Positions 20,752 to 35,217 of a stretch of DNA of 38,472 nt are shown piece by piece. The stretch comes from Macrostomum lignano. Its lineage: Eukaryota. The notes under the pieces were generated by a model. It was not told the origin of the DNA. It did no database searches and saw nothing but the letters and a program-made list of their open reading frames with translations. The stretch is from assembly GCA_002269645.1 (NCBI GenBank), contig NIVC01002696.1, positions 85,077-123,548 of the forward strand, read 5' to 3'. Every line of letters starts with the position of its first letter. The stretch's first letter is position 1. Position numbers and translations under genes: made by a program.

Positions 20752-23700
20752 TCACAAATTCGTTTTTTGCGATTTTTGCACAGGAGAGGGAAAACCGTGG
20801 CCGGCTCGGTGCGTGAGCAACTCGCTGGTGCTCTGGGCGAAACTCTGAAGTTCCTGAACTCGGACTGATCTGAAATTGAAAGTGCAGAGACAGATTCTTA
20901 CAGGCTAGCTGACATCCTGACAGTCTGACATCCTGACAGTCTGACATCCTGACAGTCTGACATCCTGACAGTCTGACATCCTGACAGTCTGACATCCTGA
21001 CAGTCTGACATCCTGACAGTCTGACATCCTGACAGTCTGACATCCTGACAGTCTGACATCCTGACAGTCTGACATCCTGACAGTCTGACATCCTTACAGT
21101 CTGACATCCTGACAGTCTGACATCCTGAGAGTCTGACATCCTGACAGTCTGACATCCTGACAGGCTGACATCCTGACAGGCTGACATCCTGACAGTCTGG
21201 CATCCTGAAAGTCTGACACCCTGACAGTCTGACACCCTGACAGGCTGACATCCTGACAGGCTGACATCCTGACAGTCTGGCATCCTGAAAGTCTGACACC
21301 CTGACAGTCTGATATCCTGACAGTCTGACATCCTGCCAGTCTGACACCCTGACAGTCTGACATCCTGACAGTCTGATATCCTGACAGTCTGACATCCTGA
21401 CAGTCTGACATCCTGACAGTCTGACACCCTGACAGTCTGACATCCTGACAGTCTGACACCCTGACAGTCTGACATCCTGACAGTCTGACACCCTGACAGT
21501 CTGACATCCTGACAGTCTGACATCCTGACAGTCTGACATCCTGACAGTCTGACACCCTGACAGTCTGACATCCTGACAGTCTGACACCCTGACAGTCTGA
21601 CATCCTGACAGTCTGACATCCTGACAGTCTGACACCCTGACAGTCTGACATCCTGACAGTCTGATATCCTGACAGTCTGACATCCTGACAGTCTGACATC
21701 CTGACAGTCTGACACCCTGACAGTCTGACATCCTGACAGTCTGACACCCTGACAGTCTGACATCCTGACAGTCTGACACCCTGACAGTCTGACATCCTGA
21801 CAGTCTGACACCCTGACAGTCTGACATCCTGACAGTGTAAGCGAAACTGTCTGATACTATCTTGCTGCTTTCCTGACCGTCTAACTGACACCCTGACTCA
21901 CTTGAGCATGGAAGGCAGGTCATCTCTGATTCCCGTTAGCGGCGGTCAGAGCATCCCCAGCTGCTGCGGCCCCAGCTGCTCCTCCAGCACCGAGGTGGCG
22001 CAGTGGTGCTGCTGCAGCGAGTAGGTGGCCAGCGACTCCCGCGGGGACGGCAGCGAGCCCGCCCTGGAGGCTGCCGAGCCGCCCATCAGGAAGGTCGATG
22101 TCGACGTCGACTGTCTGTCGCTTCCGGAGCAGCCACCGACGCCGCTGCCGATGCCGCTGCTGCCGCACACGCCGCTGCCACTGCCGCTGCCGTCGATGGA
22201 GCCGCAGCGGGGCGGCGAGCCGAGCTGGCTGAGGCAGACGCTGACCGTGTGCGCCCCGCCGCTGCCCGAGGACGGATGCGGAGACGGCAGCTTCAGCAGC
22301 GTCTCGGCCGGCGGGATGACCAGGCAGGTGGCCGGCGGAGAGATCTGCTTGCCCAGCCGCACCCGGGCCAGGTGCTCCTCTGCCCGGCGCCGCCGACCGC
22401 GCAGCCATCGGCGGGTCAGCGTGCAGCTGACGGCCGCCACCAGCGCCAGCAGGAGAGCGACGCCTGCCGACACGCCAAGCACCGCGGCCTGGCGGGAGCT
22501 GAGCTGCGGCAGCAGCGACGGCGAGTCCTCCGCGACCGCGCCGTCGGCTGATGCGTCAGCGGGCTGCCCTGGAATTTCAGTGAGTCCGTGAGCGAATCTC
22601 ACCCTGCATCCAGCCCGAATCTCACCCTACAGCCAGTCCGAATCTCACCCTGCAGCCAGCCCGAATCTCACCCTGCAGCCAGCCCGAATCTCACCCTACA
22701 GCCAGCCCGAATCTCACCCTACAGCCAGTCCGAATCTCACCCTGCAGCCAGCCCGAATCTCACCCTGCAGCCAGCCCGAATCTCACCCTACAGCCAACTT
22801 GAATCTCACTCTACAGCCAGCCCGAATCTCACCCTACAGCCAGCTTGAATCTCACCCTGCAGCCAGACCGAATCTCACCCTGCAGCCAGACCGAATCTCA
22901 CCCTGCAGCCAGACCGAATCTCACCCTGCAGCCAGACCGAATCTCACCCTGCAGCCAGACCGAATCTCACCCTGCAGCCAGCCCGAATCTCACCCTACAG
23001 CCAGCCCGAATCTCACCCTACAGCCAGTCCGAATCTCACCCTGCAGCCAGCCCGAATCTCACCCTGCAGCCAGCCCGAATCTCACCCTACAGCCAACTTG
23101 AATCTCACTCTACAGCCAGCCCGAATCTCACCCTACAGCCAGCTTGAATCTCACCCTGCAGCCAGACCGAATCTCACCCTGCAGCCAGACCGAATCTCAC
23201 CCTGCAGCCAGACCGAATCTCACCCTGCAGCCAGACCGAATCTCACCCTGCAGCCAGCCCGAATCTCACCCTGCAGCCAGCCCGAATCACACCCTGCAGC
23301 CAGCCCGAATCTCCAGAGCTGCTTCAATCTGCAGTCTGGGACTCCAGCATTGGATTAAGTTGATCGGCAAATCAGAAAAGTGCTCAGCTGAGCAGCCGTG
23401 CTCTCAGTTTATTTATTACCCCTCCAGAACACGGAAGACTTTGTCTGGCTGGGATAAATGGCTCCCCGAAGGCTCAAATCTCGAACTCGCAGTGCCGCAG
23501 GATCAAAGCAGAGGGGAACTCGGCGGGGGCAGAGGAGGCAGCGATATCCCTACTCAAGCTACTCATCCATTAATCGCAGACCGCAGCCAAGAGTAATCCC
23601 GCGGAATTCCGTCCCCAGTTCCCGTGTTCCCCCGCTTGCTCAAGCAATTCCAGCTGAGCAACATCGGCCTTCGAGTTTGCTGAGGCAATTTTGAGTCTTG

Positions 23701-24992
23701 GACGAGAATTATCCAACTTCAGCTCTGCGGGGCTCTCAGTTTTAGAGCCCGTTTTGAACTCAAACTGCTCTCAGTGCGTGATACTCAACTGAGCACTTCA
23801 AACTGTCCGAACTGAATTTGAGAGGGGGGTTGCCGCCCAAGCTCCGGTTTGTCAGATAAAGCTACTGGGCCTTCAAACTTTTCAACTCTGAGAGGCTGAG
23901 TCTTGTCTTAATTGGTTGGGAGTGTGAATTCAGATTAGGAAATAAAAGCTGATTGCGATTTAGTTGGATATCCTCATCCGTGTGTATGAATCCGCCTCAG
24001 CTCCAACCAGTGTGTGTCTATGGCTCCAGCTCAGTTCCAACCTGTGTGTGTCTATGGCTCCAGCTCAGTTCCAACCTGTGTGTCTATGGCTCCAGCTCAG
24101 TTCCAACCAGTGTGTGTCTATGGCTCCAGCTCAGTTCCAACCAGTGTGTGTCTATGGCTCCAGCTCAGTTCCAACCAGTGTGTGTCTATGGCTCCAGCTC
24201 AGTTCCAACCAGAGTGTGTGTCTATGGCTCCAGCTCAGTTCCAACCAGTGTGTGTCTATGGCTCCAGCTCAGTTCCAACCAGTGTGTGTCTATGGCTCCA
24301 GCTCAGTTCCAACCAGTGTGTGTCTATGGCTCCAGCTCAGTTCCAACCATGCAGTGTGTGTCTATGGCTCCAGCTCAGTTCCAACCAGTGTGTGTCTATG
24401 GCTCCAGCTCATCTCAGTGTCAATTTCATCCGGCCAGAGCTGCTGCAGGTTGGCTAAATTCCATTTGGATTTTCCTGTCCGCCTCTCATTTCCAGCGGTA
24501 ATAGGAAATATGCTAATTAGTGCTGCATGATTATGCTAATTAGCCGGTGGTCCCTTTGCGCCCTGATAATCTGGGGCGTCCTTAGAAGGCTTAACAGACT
24601 CCATTTGCATGCCAGTGCTAGGCAATTCTGTTGTCGGCTTCTACCTAATCTGACTGGCTGTTGTACTTGATTCTGAACTTGACGGGTAGGCATGGGCCAA
24701 CGTGTGCATCAAGCTGCAGTCCAAACTGCCAATCCCATCATCCAGCTGCAGTAAAAACTGCCAATCCCATCATCAAGCTGCAGTCCAAACTGCCAATCCC
24801 GTCCACCAAACCATGGAGGAGACTCACGAGTCGGGTCGCTTGGCTCAGCATCTCTTGAGTTGCTCCGTCTCGATGGTGGTTGAGTTGGTGGCCTTTCGGG
24901 CTCGGGCTCCGGGCCATAGACTACCGTGGGGATCCGCTGCCGGTCTTCCGGCAGGTCGGTTCGCTTGCTGGGGTCATAGCCTTTCTTGGGCA
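20752..24992 (-). CDS. 3' part of a single-pass type I membrane protein gene (Pro-rich stalk, TM, G/S-rich tail); 5' exons absent in copy 1
   Basis: Exon 24992-24828 (acceptor CTAATTTTGCTAATTTCAG, donor C|GTGAGT, 165 nt, phase 1-1); exon 22568-21902 (acceptor AAATTCCAG, TM VLGVSAGVALLLALVAAVSC then RRWLRGRRRR, TGA 21948-21946, donor AA|GTGAGT); exon 20869-20752 (acceptor TTTCAATTTCAG). Further exons between 22569 and 24827 are possible. Confidence 0.65.
20909..21836. repeat. 16-bp minisatellite CTGACATCCTGACAGT filling an intron (only ~350 bp in copy 2, ~37943-38295)
   Basis: 8+8 dimeric unit; lies between the donor at 21901 and the acceptor at 20870 on the minus strand. Confidence 0.96.
22592..23312. 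repeat. 23-bp minisatellite GAATCTCACCCTGCAGCCAGCCC with a 299-bp (13-unit) higher-order repeat
   Basis: The variant block CCAACTTGAATCTCACTCTAC recurs at ~22795 and ~23094. Confidence 0.95.
23995..24410. repeat. 34-bp minisatellite, about 12 units
   Basis: Unit CAGTGTGTGTCTATGGCTCCAGCTCAGTTCCAAC. Confidence 0.95.
24707..24800. repeat. 32-bp tandem triplication
   Basis: CATCAAGCTGCAGTCCAAACTGCCAATCCCAT x3, starting ~20 nt inside the intron after the 24827 donor (minus strand). Confidence 0.85.
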
Positions 24993-25074
24993 CTGAAATT
25001 AGCAAAATTAGGAACTGGATTGGTTGTAGTTTGGATGGGAGAAAGCGGGATGACCTCAGTTGACCCGATATAAG

Positions 25075-25103
25075 CCCTAACCCTAACCCAACCCCAGCCC
25101 CAG
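25075..25103 (+). repeat. Short telomere-like tract at the duplication junction
   Basis: CCCTAA CCCTAA CCCAA CCCCAG CCCCAG, immediately followed by the first matching base of copy 2; absent before 9090 in copy 1. Confidence 0.6.
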
Positions 25104-26608
25104 CAAATCGTGCAAAAATAGTTAAGGCTGATTATTAAAATGTCTGTATCTCTGAATCAGTTGCATGTAGAAGGTTAATTTTTTCGACAGATTGTTCGGA
25201 TTTTTGTCCCCTACCAAGTAAGTCAGTTAGTTTAGCTTCCCACTAGATGTAGATGCAAGAAAATCCTGTACAATGGAGACACCCTATTTTTAGGCGTATG
25301 GTAGCGATTCAAATCTTCATGTTTAGGAAGCAAAATTAATAAAGTAGCCGAAAATCTTGAGCGCATTTTTTGTGAATACGCTCTTAGTTTCATTAGTGAC
25401 GTTTCTGAAAATATATTGGAGTCTGGAGATCATATACAGAACCCGCATACTTTGGTCTACTATATCCTTTAAAATCTTTCTCACAAGATGGCTAGTCAGA
25501 AAAAATGAGTGAGAAGAAAAAGCAAAACATCACAAAGCAGACCCTGTTTTAACATTCTTCTGTTCTTTATAATCTTGTAAATTGAAGTGGCTTGCGAGTG
25601 GCAGTAGAATTTAGCAAACAAGCAGACTTGTTGAGTTTATTTGCTTATAGCTCAAATTATAAACAGCAGTCTGTCTGGCACAAAATTGACGAGGTATGAT
25701 AAACTATATTGAGGAAATTTTATTGTTGGTACAGCAGTGTTACAAAGTGATATAACAGTACTGAGCAAAGAAAACGAAATAATAAATAACAAACAAGCAA
25801 ATGCATCAAAATTCTTTTAACAAATTTAGCATAGTAAAAGAATGATTCATAAGCAGTGTTGGGATCATGTGTACAAATGGTACATGTATGCTGACAAATC
25901 CTGTCACTCTAAACATCAAAATCAAGTTTAGGAAGCATTAGAATTAGCTGGTCTGTCACCTTAGTCACCTGTGGAAGCTGCAGGACCTGACCTAGGCATC
26001 TCAGTTCTGGATATCCAAGAGCATCACAGGAGCTTGAACAAAAGTTTTCACTTGGGCCTCAAGTTGTAATTAAATTCCATCCTAGCCAGATATTACCAGT
26101 AGTGTAGTTGCTTGTATATCTTGGCAAATAAAACTTCATTGGCCTAACAACTGGTCAGCAATGAAATAAAGTTAAAAATGAAAAAAATGAACTCTATGAT
26201 TAATATTTACTTGAGCTTTATCATTTCCTCCATATAATAAAAATATTATATTATATATATAGGCCCTAATAATTTCAGACAAGTACTACTGAACTACTCA
26301 ACCTTTAATTATAAAATTTTAACTTAATTTATTAAAATAGTTTGCTGATAAACATTTTTAAGATCTCAATAAGTTGATTATTAAAAAATTAAAAATATAT
26401 ATATGACTGCTATCAATTAGGGCCTAAATCTAGAGATGTCAATTCCCTGGAAAATTTGTACTACAGGGACATAAATATTCTTTTATCCTCTCCTTCCTTT
26501 CACTTTTCTTTTTATCCTTTTCCTTTTTTCTTCTATCTTCAATTTTATCCCAACTATCTTTCCAATTATTCTTTCACTTCCTTTTTCTTATCTCACTTCT
26601 TTTTCTTC

Positions 26609-27617
26609 TGTCACAGGGCTCCTGGGTAGTCTATTAGAATCTCACTGATGTCACTAAAATCTGTTGTAAGGTGAGATTACTGACTCCTATTCTATCAAAT
26701 TATCACAAGGGTTTTAATTGGGGGAAAAAAGAAAGATGCAAATTCTACTACTGACAGGAGTAAGCCTTGGGTTGCTCCTGGTGGCGTGGTGTGTCCGAGC
26801 GGCAAGACACTGTCTATATCTCTATTCAGTCCAAGTATTTAGAGGGGGGAAGAGTAAGGGCTTTTCGATGGATCAGAGTGCCTGGGAAACTGGCGCATTA
26901 GTGGGGAATTTCTAATAACTAATAGGGTATGCTAGCATGAGTAGGCAAAGCGTCTAATATCGCTTTAGGTAAGAAGGCAGTACGCCTAATATATATGGGA
27001 GATAGGGAAGGATAGGGATGTTTGAGCAAGGATCAGACTATAAGTCTGAGGGAATAAGGCTGTACACGTGTGCAGACAGACTGTCCACTTAAGGGGGAGA
27101 GGGCAGAAGGGGGGCGGGCATCAGTTCCGCTGGGAACAGGAGAGGGGAGAGGAGGCAATTACTCAGAGTAGGACTGAGCGTCCTGGGAGCAGAGAATAGG
27201 GGGATGAGTGTTGCACATGGCTAACTGTACAAGCTTCGCGAGAGGGAAGGCGGAGCGCCTTCAAATGACTAAGACTGGGCTATTTTTAGAACAATGTTCA
27301 GTTACAAAGCCTCAATTATAGATAGGCTAGGGGAGGTTGAAGGCAAGACCAGACAAGTCAAGCCAGGCAGCGGAAGATGCTCCTCTTTCAGTTTATTCTT
27401 TTGGTTATATACAAAATATAACCATAATGGCGTACGCATTAAAACTAATAAAAACACTAGGTTATACTTTGAGCTACTAAACAATACTAAGAGTTACTAT
27501 TAATGGAATAAAAGATTTATTTATGCAGGCACAAAGATGTTTTTAGCAATTTAGAAAAATAGTCTTATTTATTAAGGCAGTATACATAAAATGATAGGCA
27601 GAAAAGTGACTCTTACA
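26609..27617. mobile_element. Solo LTR (1009 bp), copy-2-specific
   Basis: Begins TGTCAC, ends CTTACA; 4-bp TSD CTTC (26605-26608, 27618-27621); copy 1 shows the empty site with a single CTTC near 10590. Confidence 0.85.
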
Positions 27618-27915
27618 CTTCTTTTCTCCTCTTCTAGCCTATCATCAGAGCTAGATTCTCTATTAAGCCCTTGAGGTAAAAGTTTTCCAACCCTTGCTAT
27701 ACGTAATCTGAATGTGTTCTTGACTATATAACTGCTAGTGCAGTAATAGTACCATGTAGAGTGTAAAAATCATTGGGAAACAAAATAAACAAAAAATAAA
27801 AACCTAGGTTTTTTGCTGGCACTACACTAGGTCTATGTCTAGGATGCAATATGAAATTGTATCCAAGGTCCAAGTTCAAAATGCAATTAAGAAAGATACT
27901 GTACAATAAGGATAC

Positions 27916-28171
27916 TGTCGAATAGACAATAAACTAATAGAACGAGATTTAAGTGGTGCAGAAAGGAAGAGAGGGGAAAGAAGTGAAGGGCCTAAGCCGC
28001 GGGTTGAAGTTGTATTTATACTAACAATAATGAACAGGCCAGCCAAATTGTCTGTGGTAAATGAACGGTTACGATAGTCTGTGGGAAAGGCATGGTAGAC
28101 AAAGGGAGATGGCTAACTTAAAAGTACAAGGTAATAGAAAGTACAAATATTTGGAGGATGGAAATCCGACA
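27916..28171. mobile_element. Solo LTR or short TIR element (256 bp), copy-2-specific
   Basis: TGTCG...CGACA inverted ends; 5-bp TSD GATAC (27911-27915, 28172-28176); empty site GGATACTATA in copy 1 near 10882. Confidence 0.85.
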
Positions 28172-29542
28172 GATACTATAACTTAAGGATACCTTAGCCA
28201 AGGTTTTTTTGCTAAGCCTAGTACTAAGATACTAAATTATAGGTCTAACTTGAAGTTGCAATTTTGAAAGTCAAGATAATATAACATCTTTATCATATAG
28301 CTAAAGCATAAACCTAGGAAAGAATTGCTAAATACTAAGAGAAATAATAAGATAACCCAAAAATTAAATAAAAACAATCTTATTTAATAAGATTGCTAAA
28401 TCCTTAGCAATAAGGATAAGGTATCATTAATTTTATTTAAAAACTTCTCAAAACAAATAAAGTTTTATTTTAGACCCTAATTATTATTCTAGGCCTAGGT
28501 TCATTGTCATTGATTGCCTGTGTCCCAAAACCTTGGCTTAGGATCAAAAACCCTAAATTTTTTTGAGTTTCAAATTTATAATAAAGTTTTAATAAATAGC
28601 CCTAGGCCATACTTTGCAGGTATGTGATCAATAAAAAAGAAGTTAGTTAAGGCAGTTAGGGTTATGACTAGCCTAGCTAGAAATCAGATAAGTCTAGACC
28701 TATGAAGTATTTACTAAGCCTACTAGGTTCCCAGTCAATCAACATTTGTCCTTAGTCATAAGGCCTACCTAGCTGGCCTACTAGTCATAAGTAATGTAAA
28801 AAAATGGTAAATAACCAAAAAATATGACTCAACCACAAAATAATATAATTTAGCTAAGTGTTTTTGGTTACATACTGCAAAATTTTGGAAATTAATAGCC
28901 CTAGGCCTCTGCAAACAGCACATTATGTTGAAAATCATGCAATTCGTCTATCTCACTAATGTATACAAGAATAAAAATCAGCCTTCAACTATTTTCACAT
29001 GAATCAAGAGTGTTATATCCTATATAACAAAGTGTTCCTAGTGGTCCTTGTCATTTTATTTATTAGTTATGTTGCATAACATTGACCTAGCAAGTATTGG
29101 AAAATATTTCTAAAAATAGTGCTATAAGAAACACGAATTTTTAGTAGTGTTCAATTTAGAACCCAGCAATTACTAGAAGAGAGCCAAAAACAGTATTGTA
29201 TAGATAGGGTCGTTATTGAACTAAAATTATTGTTAAATTTGCTGTCATTACTATGTATTATAATCAGTTAAGTTAATAATTAAGTTATTAAGTTAATTTA
29301 TTTTGCTTGTAATAAACCTAAAGTGAAATTATCAGTTAACGATAGTTACTAAAGTCTTAGTTAACAATTTTTATTTTGTGCTTTTTAATTTTGTTTAGTC
29401 AATTGTTAGGTCAAATTGTTAGTGTGTGTAAATAGATGCAGATGCATCAGCTTAGAGATATTCAAAATAAAATTAAAAACCTGCTCCCCACAGCCAGCAG
29501 CGCAGAGACCGCCTTTAAGCAGCAGCTCCTGTCGCCAGTCCC

Positions 29543-32626
<3,084 letters not shown>

Positions 32627-32814
32627 AAAGGAACTTTGATTTTGTAAAATCCGACAGACAAGTTTTTTGTGCCTTGCTTTTTTCATTTGTTTTGGGGCTG
32701 TGATCAGCATCTCCCCTTCATCATGAGCGACCAGCATCTCTTTACCATGAATTACAGCAGCTCCTTTTCATCATTAGGGACCATGCAGTATCATTATTTT
32801 GCCTGTCACATTAG

Positions 32815-32816
<2 letters not shown>

Positions 32817-32878
<62 letters not shown>

Positions 32879-32939
32879 GTGTCTGTCTGTCTGTCTGTCT
32901 ATCTGTCTGTCTGCCTGTCTGTCTGTCTGTCTGTTTGTG

Positions 32940-32970
<31 letters not shown>

Positions 32971-32971
32971 G

Positions 32972-33006
<35 letters not shown>

Positions 33007-33071
33007 GTGTCTGTCTGTCTGTCTGTCTATCTGTCTGTCTGCCTGTCTGTCTGTCTGTCTGTCTGTTTGTG

Positions 33072-33110
<39 letters not shown>

Positions 33111-33115
33111 GTCTG
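32817..33115. repeat. (CTGT)n microsatellite, copy 2
   Basis: Counterpart of 15706-16003. Confidence 0.97.
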
Positions 33116-33702
33116 TATTTTCTAACTGAATCTGTTTCATTTGCTCTATGAGATTGTCTGTGAACTCATTTCCGAACGCTTATATCTACTCTGCGACCAA
33201 ATGTGCTGGGCGCATTTGGAAATGCAACTTGCGACCTGAAAACTGCAGCTCTAGGAAACTTCGCTATTATTTCTAGGATGACGGGAACCGCTCGCTGGCT
33301 TTTAGTTTTCGGCTACGGCGGGGCTGAGTTGCGTAGCTTAACAAGGTTTTCATCCCCAGAGGAAAAATTATTTTCAACTGCTTCCGTTACTAGGCAAAAC
33401 AGCTCACCCATCTCACCCCAGGCTCTTCAACTGAAACGGACTGCACACGTTAGTGGACACAATTGGATATGGGCTTATCAGGGCTGCAATATGCTTTATT
33501 GTTTCAGTGAGAACTTGCAGGCATGAGTCCTTGGGCCCAGTTATGCCATCTGTCTCGTACACGATGAGCCCGCGCGTGTCGCATCCCCTCCATGTAGCTG
33601 TCGCAACGCCCACGTCCTCAAACTATGGTTTGGCAAAATGCATAAAGCAGCTTGCGGAGGCAGAAGCCTCTCTCAATAGAAAAACATTTCAAAGCGCTGA
33701 CA

Positions 33703-34406
33703 ATGCAGGCCTCATCAATTCTGCCGCTTCTCTGTTGCTGCATCGCCTTCGGCTACTCGCTGGCCACCACTGAGTTCACTTTCATGGGCTGCTTTGCAGA
33801 CAGTGACCCCAGGGACCTTGACGGCCTGGCAGGACACTCCACCATCGGGCCCTACTCAGTGCAGGGTTTGCTTGTGCCATCCAGCTCGATGACTCTGGGG
33901 CTGTGCGACAAAGTCTGCAGCTACGGCAACTTTCACTACTTTGGAACTCAGTATGCAGAAACATGCTTCTGCAGCAACTTGTACGGCAGGTATGGCTCTG
34001 CACCCGGTAGCGACTGCAACATGAACTGCCGTGGCAACGCCTCGCAAATCTGCGGAGGCGCTCATCGAAATTCCGTGTACCGTCTGGCCCGCTCTCACCC
34101 AGGCAAGTGCAACCCAGCTGAGTGTCTTCTCTAGTGGCTAAAGCCTTTCCAGGATTTTTCTCGCTTATCTTTCTTTCAGTTGCCAAGCGTTTCAACTCTG
34201 CTGACCGGGTCTACCTGAACCTGACCTCTGCCGGGCCGATGTACCGCACCGTGCAGCCCGTCAGGAGCCTGGCTGACTGTCTGGTTCAATGCGTTGTCAA
34301 CTGCCAGGCCGTGCTGTTTCACCTGGACGCCTGCCACCTGCTGAAATTCGCCGTTCTGCCGCACGAGCTGGAGACCGTGGCTGGGGAATTCCTCGTTGGC
34401 ATCTGA
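33703..34406 (+). CDS. Secreted WSC plus PAN/apple-like protein, copy 2 (exons 33703-34102, 34180-34406)
   Basis: Translations identical to copy 1 in the ORF track; same GC-AG intron. Confidence 0.85.
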
Positions 34407-34415
34407 GGCTCCGGA

Positions 34416-35217
34416 CATGAGAATCGGGCACATGAGAATTGGGGACTTGAGAATCGGGCACATGCGAATCAGGCACATGAGAATCAGGCACATGAGAATC
34501 GGGCACATGCGAATCGGGCACATGAGAATCAGGCACATCAGAATCGGGCACATGAGAATTGGCGACTTGAGAATCGGGCACATGAGAATCGGGCACATGC
34601 GAATCGGGCACATGAGAATCAGGCACATCAGAATCGGGCACATGAGAATTGGCGACTTGAGAATCGGGCACATGAGAATTGGTGACTTGAGAATCGGGCA
34701 CATGAGAATCGGGTACATGCAAATCGGGCACATGAGAATTGGGGACTTGAGAATCGAGCACATGAGAATCGGGGACTGCATAACCTGCTGCAGGGAGCCT
34801 TGTTTGCTTTAGTTAACTCTGTGGTTAAGCGCTGTGTTTTCAGAGATTTTTTATATTCTAAGCCTTTATCTCTGTGGTTAAGCGTTGTTTTTTAGAAATG
34901 TTTGATATTTTAAGCCCGTGTTTATCTCTGTGGTTAAGCGTTGTTTTTTAGAAATGTTTGATATTTTAAGCCCGTGTTTATCTCTGTGGTTAAGCGTTGT
35001 TTTTTAGAAATGTTTGATATTTTAAGCCCGTGTTTATCTCTGTGGTTAAGCGTTGTTTTTTAGAAATGTTTGATATTTTAAGCCCGTGTTTATCTGTGTG
35101 GTTAATCGCTATTTTTTAGAAATGCCTGATATTTTAAGCCCGTGTTTATCTGTGTGGTGAAGAGCTGTGTTTTCAGAAATTTTAGATATTTTAAGCCCGT
35201 GTTTATCTCTGCGGTTA
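34416..35217. repeat. 15-bp array (34416-34777) and 56-bp array (34817-35217), copy 2
   Basis: Counterparts of 17304-17680 and 17720-18120; the 15-bp array is one unit shorter. Confidence 0.93.

Noticed and set aside
24509-24543. TATGCTAATTAG direct repeat (POU/homeobox-like sites)
   Set aside because: Two short copies only; no supporting evidence for regulatory function.
24709-25074. Gag-like ORF1 of a telomere-targeting retrotransposon next to the CCCTAA tract
   Set aside because: The open segment is bounded by a canonical acceptor and GTGAGT donor with phase matching the TM exon; no RT, endonuclease or zinc-knuckle motifs.
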